NCBI GenBank assembly: GCA_951406725.2
Contig: OX597824.1
Span: forward strand, 89,652,001-89,716,000
Direction of reading: 5' to 3'
Source: Octopus vulgaris
Taxonomy: Eukaryota
DNA length: 64,000 nucleotides
Shown: piece by piece, positions 1 through 12,997 of the stretch
How the letters are laid out: the number at the start of each line of letters is the position of its first letter
Numbering within the stretch: position 1 is the stretch's first letter
Made by a program: the position numbers and the translations under genes
The notes under the pieces: generated by a model
The model's database searches: none
What the model was told of the DNA's origin: nothing
The model's input: only the letters and a program-made list of their open reading frames with translations

Positions 1-304
1 GCAAAAGGGCTGATTGCTACCTAACTCAGATACCAGGAAACTCCAAAATGGCAGAAATTCAAAAGATAGTGCTCATGGGAACTGCTCATATCCTACGCAA
101 AATACTTTCTATGTAATCTCAAGGCTTAAAACAAACATAATTTTTTTTTTAGACATCCACTAGTACAACACCAAAAAAAAAAACAACCAAATATATGGCA
201 CACTAGGCATAACAACAACGTGAGCTTCTAACTTGTTGTCTCTTGAGGTCTCTGGATGAGACTTGGAGCCAACTTGTACAAATGTAAAGCAAAAGTCAAA
301 CATA

Positions 305-371
<67 letters not shown>
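1..371 (+). mobile_element. 3' end of R4/Dong-like (RLE) non-LTR retrotransposon with (TAA)n tail
   Basis: Frame from nt 3 reads KRADCYLTQIPGNSKMAEIQKIVLMGTAHILRKILSM* (stop 114-116), the typical R4/Dong C-terminus. It is followed by about 190 nt of UTR and (TAA)n at ~307-371. Confidence 0.8.
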
Positions 372-373
<2 letters not shown>

Positions 374-496
374 ATGATGGGGGGTAAAATATTATAATGG
401 CTACAAGAAAGTGAAAGTGAAATAAAATTAATGTTTGTACGCACGTGTGTGTATATGTGCGTATATGTAAGTATATACGTATATATTCTTTTTTCT

Positions 497-884
497 TTTT
501 ATTTTTACTTGTTTCAGCCATTTGACTGCGGCCATGCTGGAGCACCACCTTTAGTCGAGCAAATCGCCCCCCCACAAGACTTATTCTTTGTTAGAACAGT
601 ACTTATTCTATCGGTTTCTTTTGCCGAATCAGTAATTTACGGCGACGTAAACACACCAGCATCGGTTGTCAAACGATGTTGGGAAGACAAAAACAGACAC
701 ACAAACATACACACACACATACATATATACATATATACAACGGGATTCTTTCAGTTTCCGTCTACCAACTCCGCTCACAAGACTTTGATCGGGCCGAGGC
801 TATAGCAGAAGACACTTGCCCAAGGTGCTACGCAGTGAAACTGAACCCGGAACCATGTGGTTAGTAAGGAAGCTACCTACCACA
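497..884 (-). mobile_element. SINE family B (tRNA head, internal microsatellite, CR1-like tail)
   Basis: Matches the copies at 25470-25913, 30671-31062, 49533-49964, 50588-51000 and 62146-63674. Confidence 0.85.
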
Positions 885-986
885 TGTAACAATTGTAGGT
901 GAATATGTTGACTAATTAATAAATTAATTTGTATCCATTGGATCTCTCTATTTTCTAATTCGATAATATATTTATTTGTGCTCCAG

Positions 987-1592
987 AAGGCGGCGAGCTA
1001 GAAGAAACCTTCGCGCCGCGCCGGACGAAATGCTTAGCGGTATTTTGTCTGCCGTTACGTTCTGAGTTCAAATTCCGCCGAGGTCGACTTTGCCTTTCAT
1101 CCTTTCGAGGTCGATTAAATAAGTACCAGTTACGCACTGGGGTCGATATAATCGACTTAATCCGTTTGTCTGTCCTTGTTTGTCCCCTCTATGTTTAGCC
1201 CCTTGTGGGTAGTAAAGAAATAGGTATTTCGTCTGCCGTTATGTTCTGAGTTCAAATTCCGCCGAGGTCGACTTTGCCTTTCATCCTTTCGGGAGTCGAT
1301 AAATTAAGTACCAGTTATGCATTTGGGTCGATATAATCGACTTAATCCCTTTGTCCGTCCTTGTTTGTCCCCTCTATGTTTAGCCCCTTGTGGGTAATAA
1401 AGAAATAGGTATTTCGTCTGCCGTTACATTCTGAGTTCAAATTCCGCCGAGGTCGACTTTGCCTTTCATCCTTTCGGAGTCGATTAAATAAGTACCAGTT
1501 AGGCACTGGGGTCGATATAATCGACTTAATCCCTTTGTCTGTCCTTGTTTGTCCTCTCTATGTTTAGCCCCTTGTGGGTAGTAAAGAAATAG
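987..1592 (+). mobile_element. SINE family A (tRNA head plus Meta/MESC-like core), trimeric concatemer
   Basis: GGCGGCGAGCT head, then three ~185-bp units containing GCCTTTCATCCTTTCG..GTCGAT..AAGTACCAG. 21-bp TSD atatatttatttgtgctccag at 966-986 and 1593-1613. Confidence 0.85.
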
Positions 1593-1782
1593 ATATATTT
1601 ATTTGTGCTCCAGTATGGCCCCCCAACCTTTGGCTGAAACCAGTAAAACTAGAACGATAAAAGATATTTGTGTATATGTGTACATGTTAATCTAAGCTAG
1701 GATACAAACGTGCGTTTTGTTTCTTTATTGCATTTCCCGTTACGTGCATGTGTAAGTCAATAAGATCTTTGTATTCGAGTTT

Positions 1783-1856
1783 GAGTGGACGACGAACAAA
1801 GCACTTTAAAAGATTTATGTTCGTTCGTGTTTTCCTGTTTGTCTGTGTGTATATGA

Positions 1857-1939
<83 letters not shown>

Positions 1940-2064
1940 GAGATAATGTGGAGAGATGCAAAGACTCGGTGTAGAGTTTCTTCCGCCCGCAACACTATAA
2001 TATTACCGCACGCTGAGATACTGTTGCATGCGGTTGAGCAGAGCGAGGTCATCAGATAAACAGA
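1783..2064. repeat. Segment duplicated locally at 3189-3450
   Basis: Near-identical direct copy (gagtggacgacgaacaaagc...gaggtcatcagataa.caga), including a (TG)n(AG)n tract. Confidence 0.9.
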
Positions 2065-2262
2065 AGCATGAAATATCTGCAACTATAGAACGGCGAATCA
2101 AGCCGGTCTCTTCCATTGAAGACTTGTGTAGTCTTTGTCTCCTCAGATCTGGCGTTACTCAACATGAAAAAATAATACTAATAAATCATTGTATGTATGT
2201 ATGTATGTATGTATGTATGTATGTATGTATGTATGTATGTATGTATGTATGTATGTATGTAT

Positions 2263-3275
2263 GCAGATGTGTATGTATTGTTCTATGTATGTATTCTCGT
2301 GCATATAGTTGCATATCTAGACATTCTCATATATATTTAAATGATAAACTTCTGGAAAGTTTCACAGATTTTTACAGTTCCAGTGATGGATTGGACCTGT
2401 AGTCTTCGAATTAGCTTTCTCCTTTCTGGTTTCGAGAAGCTTAATTTCTTAAGCTTGGTATTTAGAAAGTATGTTACAGGTATTAACCTGAACTTGTAAT
2501 CTGGATAGAGTAACTGCAGATTTCTTAATAGTTCAGCATAGATGTTCTCTTTTTCACTGATCTTCAGCTTTATGTTAACATTGCTGGGCGGCTAATTTCC
2601 ACAACTGTGCACAGTTTCTCTTCTCTATTCTAAATCATTATATCTGGTCTGTTGTGCTTACATTTTATTGAGGTTTTCACTGGTACATTCCACCAGTACT
2701 TTTTTTTATTATGAGTTACTCTGGCTTCTACCATATTGTGGGTTCTTATTTATTTTTCCTCGGGGTTATCCTTCCGGCGGATTTCATTATAGAGTGTCAT
2801 AGTTACAACATCATGTCTCATCGGCAAATATACCGTGATGATATTTTCGGACAACTGCCTTTGATGTGGGTGATATCTTCAGCGTGAACTCCACAAAGTC
2901 TGCATAGGTTGTTATATTTTACAGCCCTTCCTGCATCTCTCCCTTTTGTGCATCAGGTAATTGGTTGATATTTCCTGTTCCTGGATTGCAAGCGCATACC
3001 CTTCAAAGTGGGAGGTAGTAATCCGGCTATAGGTCGATGTTACTATCACTTCGGAGCTTTCCAGTAACATATCCATGCATAGTCTTCTGCTCATATAGGC
3101 TCATCCTTTCATCTGATGATACGTTGCGGTAGAATCGTGCAACTTTGGGTATGTATTCTAGGTTATCTGACAAAGAATATTGTTCAAGGAGTGGACGACG
3201 AACAAAGCACTTTAAAAGATTTATGTTCGTTCGTGTTTTCCTGTTTGTCTCTGTGTATATGATAGTGCGTGTGTA

Positions 3276-3325
<50 letters not shown>

Positions 3326-4085
3326 GAGATAATGTGGAGAGATGCAGAGACTCGGTGTAGAGTTTCTTCCGCCCGCAACACTATAATATTACCGCACGCT
3401 GAGATACTATTGCATGCGGTTGAGTAAAGTGAGGTCATCAGATAAGCAGAGATATCTTCCAAGTCGTATGATGTCGTTAGCCTCATGTATGCAAACTTGG
3501 TCAAAGGATGCACTTCAACTCTTGGTGGTTAAAAGATATTGCCGAAGGGATATGATGCGACATTTAAAGTCATTTTCGATCGATTTTAAGCCTCTACTGC
3601 CTTGTTTTCGTTTTTGATGGACGCGGTTTATGTGGAAATTATGTGCCCTTTTTAGTATTTTTCGGGTTTTCACATCAAAGGCTCGCATGTCATCAAGCGT
3701 CCAATCAAGCAGCCCAAATGTTGGTGTGAGTACTGGCACTGCAAACACATTATGGACCACTGTTTTATTGAATGCAGAGAGTTCTGAGGTCCAAATTTTC
3801 ATTTTTCGGCTGTAATATTCTTTATGACACGTGTTTTGTTACAGGTGCCATTGTAAGATATATTTTCATCCACCCCTAGATATCTATAACATTCCTCGTC
3901 AGATACAGGGGAAACAGTCAAATCATTGATGGAGATGTTACTAGACTGGTTTATAGTTTTCCCCCTTTTCACAACCATATAACAACATTTATCCTAACCA
4001 AACTCCAACCCTACATCCTTTGAGAATGTTGTAACTAGATCAAGGCTCTTTTTCATCTCATGAATATTCTTTGCATAATGTTTCA
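2263..4085 (-). mobile_element. Decayed 5'-truncated R4/Dong-like RLE LINE (end of RT, CCHC knuckle, RLE)
   Basis: Minus-strand peptides FSKDVGLEFG, YRYLGVDEN, KIWTSELSAFNK..FAVPVLTPTFG, QEQEIST, CRLCGVHAEDITHIKGSC, HNRPDI and LQLLYPDY. Stops and frameshifts present. (TATG)n on both sides. Confidence 0.85.
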
Positions 4086-4593
4086 AGAATATATGTATGT
4101 ATGTATATATATGCATACATATATACATATATATATATATAAATGTATGTTTGTATATATATGCAAATATGTATGTATGTATGTGTATGTATGTATATAT
4201 ATATATATACATACATATTTATGTATATATTTATAAATATATGTAAGCATGTATGTATGTGTATGTATATATACATATATATACATACATATATACACAT
4301 ATATATATATATATACACATACATATAATGTATGTATATATGTGTAAGCATGTATGTATGCGTGACAACCGGTGCTGGTTTATTTATGTTCTCGTGACTT
4401 TGCGGTTCGGTAAAAGATACCGATAGAATAAGTACGAAATCTCGAAAATAAATCCTGAAGTTTATTTGTTTGACTAAAATACCCCTGCAGGGCTGCGTAC
4501 TTGCATGGGCGCAGTCCAATGACTGAGGCAAGTATAACAGAAAAGATAGAGATAATAATAAGAAAAATATAGTAAAAGGTATAGTATAGTGAA

Positions 4594-4915
4594 GGCACAT
4601 GGCTCAGTGGTTAGAGCATCGGGCTCACAATCATGAGGTAGTGAGTTCGATTCCTACACAGGGATGTGCGTTGTGTTCTTGAGTAAGACACTTTTTTCCC
4701 GTTGCTCCCATTCAAGACACTTTGTTTCACGTTGCTCCAAGCTGTATCGGCCCCTTTGCCTTTCCCTTGGATAACATCAGTGGCATGGAGAGGAGAGGCT
4801 GGTATACCTGTGTGACTGCTGGTCTTCCATAAACAACCTTTCCCGGACTTGTGCCTCGGAGAGGAACTTTCTAGGCGCAATCTCATGGTCATTCATGGCC
4901 GAAGTGGGGTCTTAA
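4594..4915 (+). mobile_element. SINE family C (tRNA-derived)
   Basis: A-box TGGCTCAGTGG and B-box GAGTTCGATTCC; body matches 35898-36235. Confidence 0.8.
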
Positions 4916-5139
4916 GTAAAGGGGAATAAAAGAAGGATTTATTGAGGAGTGAAAAGGAACAGAGGTAACGTTTTAAGCTCTAGGATCCTTCGATTGCTAT
5001 TCATTCAGAGAATTGTGCTTCCCCCATTTTTCATTTACTGGTCTGAGACAGATTTCATCAGAATAATTAATACGCAACAACGCTGAGATAACTTGAAGAA
5101 TAAAAAATAACAATAATAACGACAGAAATATAAGGTCTT

Positions 5140-5556
5140 AAAACGGCGAGCTGGCAGAATCGTTAGCACGCCGGGCGAAATGCGTAGCTGAATTTCGTCT
5201 ACCGTTACGTTCTGAGTTCAAATTCCGCCGAGGTCGACTTTGCCTTTCAGCCTTTCGGGGTCGATAAATTAAGTACCAGTTACCCACTGGGGTCGATGTA
5301 ATCGACTTAATCCGTTTGTCTGACCTTGTTTGTCCTCTCTGTGTTTAGCCCCTTGTGGGTAGTAAAGAAATAGGTATTTCGTCTGTCTTTACGTTCTGAG
5401 TTCAAATTCCGCCGAGGTCGACTTTGCCTTTCATCCTATCGGGGTCGATAAATTAAGTACCAGTTACCCACTGGGGTCGATATAATCGACTTAATCCCTT
5501 TGTCCGTCCTTGTTTGTCCCCTCTATGCTTAGCCCCTTGTGGGCAATAAAGTAATA
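5140..5556 (+). mobile_element. SINE family A, dimeric concatemer
   Basis: Head plus two core units; 15-bp TSD agaaatataaggtct at 5124-5138 and 5557-5571. Confidence 0.85.
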
Positions 5557-6337
5557 AGAAATATAAGGTCTGTCGTGTCTTGGGAGGGTTATTGCACCAG
5601 TGCGTGTGTTTACTATTATTATTGGCATAAAAACCTTCCGCAGACACAAGATCTGTTTCAACACACGATTTCACATCAAGAATCTTGCGAGCTAAATACA
5701 TAAAAATATAAGGGACACACTGGATAATGTAGTCTTAGATACACTGTCTGGAGATGAAAAAAAAATAGATAGGGCTGGCACGACTTATATGCTCTTGAAC
5801 ATAGGTTTGATTGATGAGGGTCTAGCCGGGCTAAATAACACTAAAAGGAATGGGACACCGGTTAATATAGTACTAGATAAACACTGCCTGTAGCAGAAAG
5901 AATTTAAATATAGAAAACAGTAGGTCGCTCATTATTAAAGTACGTTTCATCACAAGGGCTCCTGATCCGGGCCAACGCGTGGTCCAACAACAAAAGCAAC
6001 AACACCAGATGACTAGCGCACCCAAATTTCAATGAGATACCATCCTCCGCGTTGTCCGGCAACGAACAAAATCTAAGAAAAATAGAAAAATTTCGCCAAA
6101 GCTACCTAACTGTTGACCAATTGTAAAATGTAGAAAAGTGGACAAAATACCATTGGCCGTTAGAAACCGGAATCGTTTTCATCCGCCACATTGAAAAACG
6201 TACTAGAAACAAGAAGCCCGGTATTGTAGCTGAATGAAAATTCTCATTTTCGTATAAATAAATGAATGAACGCAACTACGTGTTGAATATTTTTCCTGTT
6301 TCCTATCTTTGTTTCCTACCTTTTTTCTGTCTCCTTA

Positions 6338-6865
6338 ATATATATATATATATATATATAAAACTGTAGTTGTGTGAGTGTCTGTCCCCTTCGATTTAGA
6401 TTCCAAACTACTCCCACATTTTGCGGTGCAGTTTAACCAAATTCGGGTATCTTATAGTCGTGATTCATATCGAGCCCGTCTGAGTATTAGCGCGCGTCTA
6501 CGATGAGTCTACGATTTTAAAAATAATTTAACATCATTTTTTATTCCATTTTAATGCATAATTTTTCGTGTGTCGATGGCGGCGGAGTTGGCGACCACGC
6601 TCAAACACCTGCACCTGTGTTTGCTTCTCCCCCTTCTTCCCTCCCTCGTGAAGCTGTGGGGAAGGGAGTGTAAGGAAACCAACGTCGTAAAGCGTTGTCA
6701 AGGAGACCAGCGTTCTTTTAGAACAACGACCTCATGGCTTGAAGACACCAAAACAGAAATGGCTAAGAAAGCCCGAATTGGCATCTATAAGGGAAGTAAC
6801 TCTCTAAAAATGCTTATATAGTTATTTCCCTTACAAACCCAAGCAACGCCGGGCGATACTGCTAG
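6338..6865 (+). mobile_element. Non-autonomous Helitron
   Basis: 5' (TA)n-AAAACTG..GTGTGAGTGTCTGTC start; 3' GC hairpin CCC..GCAACGCCGGG, then CTAG (6862-6865) followed by T. Confidence 0.75.
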
Positions 6866-6947
6866 TTGTTTATAATAATTGTTAATGATAATTTAGTCTG
6901 CTAAAATGAATTCATAAGCAAACATATAACATCCAAATGTACATCTT

Positions 6948-7030
6948 TTTCCTCTGATGATATTAAGCTCATGTCATATTAATGTAAATTTAATGTTTAT
7001 TGAACATTAATCGAAACGGCTGTAAGTGAA
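6948..7030 (+). ncRNA. Decayed type-I hammerhead ribozyme motif
   Basis: CTGATGA at 6954-6960, stem II attaa/ttaat, GAAAC-GGCT-GTA at 7013-7024; stem I imperfect. Confidence 0.55.
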
Positions 7031-7241
7031 GACCAATTTGCTGTTGTTAATAATAGATAATTATTAACTTCCTAATCTCCGTTTTCTTTTCTTCTTTTAA
7101 ATGAATATAAACTATGTTTTATATATACATACACCTATTATTTTAAGGAAATTCATTCCCCCAAAATACTAGGTATTGAACCAATATTTCCTTGGATGAA
7201 ACCATCCCTTCATGAGGTTTACACAATCTCTAATTGAAATA

Positions 7242-7298
<57 letters not shown>

Positions 7299-7303
7299 TC
7301 ATG

Positions 7304-7350
<47 letters not shown>

Positions 7351-7366
7351 TATATGATATATATAT

Positions 7367-8580
7367 CAGTGGCGTATGGTGGTTGCTGTCATTGGGTGTG
7401 CTACCTCACTGACCATACTATGACTAACATTAGTATTACTCAAATTGGGCATACAAACTGTATTTCTATTCAAAATACGAGGTCCAAATTGTAAATAATG
7501 TCAACTTAATTCATTTGGGATACAAATATATGGCACTAAATTAAGGACCGTATAAATTGTAAGCATTCTAAAATAAGCTGGTTTTTTTCTTATGTGCACA
7601 CACTGAAAAATAAGAAACCATATAATTTTACTTAAATTACTTATATCTAAGTTCTATTCTTCTTCTTTGAGACGTGAAATCGTCGGTAACTTCATTGTAT
7701 AATGAACCACTTTATTATTAGTTTTGAAAACAAATAAAGATCCAAGTTATATGATGATATTGTAAGAAAAAAAATTATTGTAAAAAACAAATAGTTTTAG
7801 TTCAGAAATTTTAAATCAATTTAAACGTCCAACTTCTCTCCACGAAAACGAAAAGCTGTCAAAGCTGTCAAAGCAGCCAAAGCTGTCAAAGCTGTCTAAG
7901 CAGTCAAACTGTCAAAGCAGTCAAAGCAGTCAAAGCTGTCAAAGCAGCCAAAGCTGTCAAAGCTGTCTAAGCAGTCAAAGCAGTCAAAGCTGTCAAAGCT
8001 GTCAAAGCTGTCAAAGCAGTCAAAGCAGTCAAAGCAGTCAAAGCTGTCAAAGCAGCCAAAGCTGTCAAAGCTGTCAAAGCTGTCAAAGCAGTCAAAGCTG
8101 TCAAAGCTGTCAAAGCTGTCAAAGCAGTCAAAGCAGTCAAAGCAGTCAAAGCTGTCAAAGCTGTCAAAGCTGTCAAAGCAGTCAAAGCAGTCAAAGCTGT
8201 CAAAGCTGTCTAAGCAGTCAAACTGTCAAAGCAGTCAAAGCAGTCAAAGCTGTCAAAGCAACCAAAGCTGTCAAAGCTGTCAAAGCTGTCAAAGCAGTCA
8301 AAGCAGTCAAAGCTGTAAAAGCTGTTGCACATCCTTCGCCGTTAATGTTTTGCCATTCTCTCATTATCTTCCAATACGCTCGGTAACATGTTAAGATACA
8401 ATGTGCTGTGAAGTGTGCAGTGTTATTTCGGAACACCCAATGCCACCAGATTTCAAGCAAGGGTATAACAAACGTTTTCCATTATGATTTGTAATTAAAT
8501 TAATTAGTAACATTTCTAATGAATTTGCCATTTTCGATGTGTATGCAGCGCACACCAAGCATACCCGGTGTATACACCCC
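7367..8580 (-). mobile_element. Possible hAT transposon remnant
   Basis: CAGTGGCGTA terminus at 7367. Minus strand gives degenerate VERS..FKLI and NEVTDDFTSQRRRIEL, resembling a hAT dimerisation domain and C-terminus. Confidence 0.4.
7852..8323. repeat. 9-bp minisatellite (AAAGCWGTC)n, about 50 units
   Basis: Directly visible tandem units with A/T variants. Confidence 0.95.
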
Positions 8581-8610
8581 GAAATACAGAATATATATAT
8601 ATATATATAT

Positions 8611-8772
8611 ATATGCTTTATTAAAAGCAACAGAAATTTCACAAAAGCTGTTACTCAGAGTTTCACGTTCCCGTTCGTCGAACAGTTTCTAACAAAATTA
8701 TCCGACGAACGGGAACGTGAAACTCTGAGTAACAGTTTTTGGGATATTTCTGCTGCTTTTAATAAAGCATAT
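8611..8772. mobile_element. Penelope-like fold-back element with a hammerhead motif in each arm
   Basis: Arms of about 75 bp. The + arm reads CCGACGA-acg-ggaa-cgt-GAAAC-TCTGA-GTA-acag (8702-8735); mirror copy at 8648-8685. Confidence 0.7.
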
Positions 8773-8840
8773 TACTCTACCTCTGGTATTTGAGTACTCT
8801 TTTTTTTCCACCTTGCTTCACATTTAGGTGCTTACTCCGG

Positions 8841-8902
<62 letters not shown>

Positions 8903-9032
8903 GTGTGTGTATAACAAAAAGAGCGCAACTCGGATAACGGACAGAGACAACAACCACTGAAGAGGTTGCAAGAAGCAACGAAAATTTAAGAAAAAGAAAA
9001 TAAATAAGTAAATGAATGGAAATTGAACAACA

Positions 9033-9052
9033 TGTGTGTGTGTGTGTGTGTG

Positions 9053-9085
<33 letters not shown>

Positions 9086-9093
9086 TGTGTGTA

Positions 9094-9124
<31 letters not shown>

Positions 9125-9166
9125 ATGTGTGTTTGTGTGTGTGCATGTGTGTGTGTTTGTGTGTGT

Positions 9167-9236
<70 letters not shown>

Positions 9237-9389
9237 ATGTGTGTTTGTGTGTGTACAGCTGATAATTGAAGTGTAGGTTTGATGCGATTGCTGACAGTGA
9301 GTCTTTCACGATGTCCTGCAGTGAAATTCAAATTCCCGCAGGGTTGAACTTGTCTTAGGCTTTCTGCTTTATGAAGATTTTGCTGTACA

Positions 9390-9454
<65 letters not shown>

Positions 9455-9470
9455 CACACACAAACACACA

Positions 9471-9517
<47 letters not shown>

Positions 9518-9653
9518 ACACACACACACATACACACTCACACACTCACATACACACACACACACACTCACACACACACAAACACACACTCACACACACA
9601 CACACAAACACACTCACACACACTCACATACACACTCACATACACAGCACACA

Positions 9654-9725
<72 letters not shown>

Positions 9726-9825
9726 TACACACACACACACACACTCACATACACACTCACATACACAGCACACACAAACACACACTCACACACACACAAA
9801 CACACACTCACACACACACACACAC

Positions 9826-9906
<81 letters not shown>

Positions 9907-9969
9907 ACACACACACACACACACACTCACATACACAGCACACACAAACACACACTCACACACACACAA

Positions 9970-10010
<41 letters not shown>

Positions 10011-10043
10011 CACACATACACACTCACATACACACACACACAT

Positions 10044-10101
<58 letters not shown>

Positions 10102-10108
10102 ACTCACA
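9033..10108. repeat. (TG)n 9033-9255 and (CA)n 9388-10108 microsatellites in opposite orientation
   Basis: Directly visible. Confidence 0.95.
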
Positions 10109-10174
10109 CGTATGCGTGAATATGTATGTTTTCTCTGCAGAGTCCACCGGAAAATTAAGAAGTTTAGGACATAT

Positions 10175-10650
10175 TCGTCAGCATGGTGTGATAGTTTCCC
10201 GACGGCACGTTCGTCCGAGTACTGGTCAGTGGAGATTCTTCTGACGCATTCGCAGTCACTAACGGAGGCGAGCTGGACTGTGTACTCGAGCTTATGCTGT
10301 TCAACATAATGTTCTCAGTCCTTATGCAATGACCATGAAACCAGCATTAAGATCAGATTCTGGACGGACGACAGGTTCTTCAACCTGTGACGGTTACAAG
10401 CCAAGTGCAAGCTGGAAGAGGATTCAGTGTTGACGTCCTGTTCGCAAATGACTGCGCATTCAACGCCGCCACAGTGGCCCAGATGCAACAACAGTGCATG
10501 GACTGCTTTTCCACTGACTGCAACGACTCTGGGTTCATAATCAGTGCTGAAAAGACAGAGGTCATGCACCAATCTGACCCGCAAAAGCAGTTTGCGGATT
10601 CTGCCAACACTGTGGGAGGGGAAACCCTGGTGGTTTTTGATAAGTTGAAT
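10175..10650 (+). mobile_element. Decayed RTE/BovB-like RT fragment
   Basis: GDSSDAFAVTNG, LFNIMFS, FFNL.RLQAK, DVLFANDCAFNA (FADD-like) and IISAEKTEVMHQ motifs, with frameshifts. Confidence 0.8.
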
Positions 10651-10674
10651 GTACCTCGGCAGCACAGACAGCTA

Positions 10675-11180
<506 letters not shown>

Positions 11181-11744
11181 TGACAGAGAGGAGAAAGGAG
11201 GAGAGAGGAGAAGGAAGGAGAGAGAGTGAGAAGGAGAGAGAGACGCGGGGGTCTAGCTGTATTGCACTAACTGACAGATAAAGTGAGAGTGGATTGAATA
11301 AAAAAAAAACGCAGACGAAGCCAAAAGACGGCAGACGATACTTACCCCTCTATTTTTCCTGTCCCCAAAATAATTTTTTACTAAATTTTGTTTGCATAAT
11401 TTATTCGCAAACACTATCATGCAATAATGTCAGAGTGAAACTCATTAAACTTAATCTAATTTTTATCTCAATAATTGGGATTTTTATTTATTTTTTTTTC
11501 GTTTCAGTACCTTTCACTTTTTATTTCGATGCTTTCATTTTCTTATTCCAAGAAATTCAAAAGAATTTTTTTTTTTTTTAATTTATTTTTGTGTGTCTTC
11601 GACTGATGGCCCCGGGCTGACCAATTTTTAGTGATTTTGGTAGAGGGAAATTACGTGCTAGCTCGACATATAATATGCATACATATATACATACATACAT
11701 ACATACATACATACATACATACATACATACATACATACATACAT

Positions 11745-11777
<33 letters not shown>

Positions 11778-12009
11778 TACATACATACATACATACGTAC
11801 ATAAACGTACACACACATACACACACATACACACACACACACACATATATATATATAAATTAGAAAAAAACCCACCTTTTATCAATATTCCATCATATTA
11901 TTATAATTATAATAATAATTATTATTGTTATTATATATATATATAATTACTTAATATAAGTAAATATATGTATGTATACATAATTACTTAATATAATTAC
12001 TTAATATAA

Positions 12010-12059
<50 letters not shown>

Positions 12060-12065
12060 GTATGT

Positions 12066-12624
12066 ATATTCTTTTACATTTATAAAACTGATATAAAAAT
12101 TCCCAATATATAAATATGAAAATATAAAAATACATATAAATAGATAAATATCGATAAGATACATAAAACACGGGGAATTTTAGATTTAAAAGTTACAACA
12201 CATTGGTGTAATAAAAATTTGAGATGATGAAACATTAAAAGGACGAACTAAAAACACCACGAAAATGCTATGAAAATAAAAAAATCCGTTTCAGAGACGT
12301 GCCAAGTAATATGATATATTTTCATATTTTTAAAACTGACACTCCCCTCATTAGGATGTTTTCACATAATTTAAATAAAAATCACACGCACAAATACAGA
12401 AGAACAATTATACAATTACATACCAGCCTCTCTTTTGTAATATTTTCGTGGTGTTTTAGTACGTCCAATTAATATTTTATCATCTCAAATTTTTATTACA
12501 CCAATGTTTAAATCTAAAATTCAAAATTCACTGTGTTTTATGTATCATATCGATATTTATCTCTTTATATGTATTTTAATATTTATATATTTGGAATTGT
12601 TATATCAGTTTTATAAATGTAGAA

Positions 12625-12630
<6 letters not shown>
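12066..12630. mobile_element. AT-rich fold-back element with a decayed hammerhead (- strand) in its spacer
   Basis: Imperfect inverted arms of about 200 bp between (TA)n tracts. The minus-strand spacer reads CTAATGA-ggggag-tgtc...ggcacgtctct-GAAAC (12288-12354). Confidence 0.6.
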
Positions 12631-12685
<55 letters not shown>

Positions 12686-12688
<3 letters not shown>

Positions 12689-12902
12689 CCCACAAGGGGC
12701 TAAACATAGAGGGGACAAATAAAGACAGACAGTGCGTAACTGGTACTTATTTAATCGACCCCGAAAGGATGAAAGGCAAAGCCGACCTCGGCGGAATTTG
12801 AACGCAGCACGCAACGGCAGACGAAGCACCTTCGGCGAGTGTCTTCTGCTATAGTTTCCTGCTGATCAAAGCCTTGTGAGTGGAAACTGAAAGAAGCCCG
12901 TC

Positions 12903-12955
<53 letters not shown>

Positions 12956-12959
12956 GTGT

Positions 12960-12997
<38 letters not shown>

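Noticed and set aside
4594-4670. tRNA genes (also at 29.9, 31.3, 35.9 and 49.5 kb)
   Set aside because: They have A/B boxes but no closed acceptor stem and continue into SINE bodies, so they are SINE heads.
7967-8460. (TAL)n ORFs as a repeat protein or TAL effector
   Set aside because: They are the translation of a 9-bp minisatellite and are unrelated to 34-aa TALE repeats.
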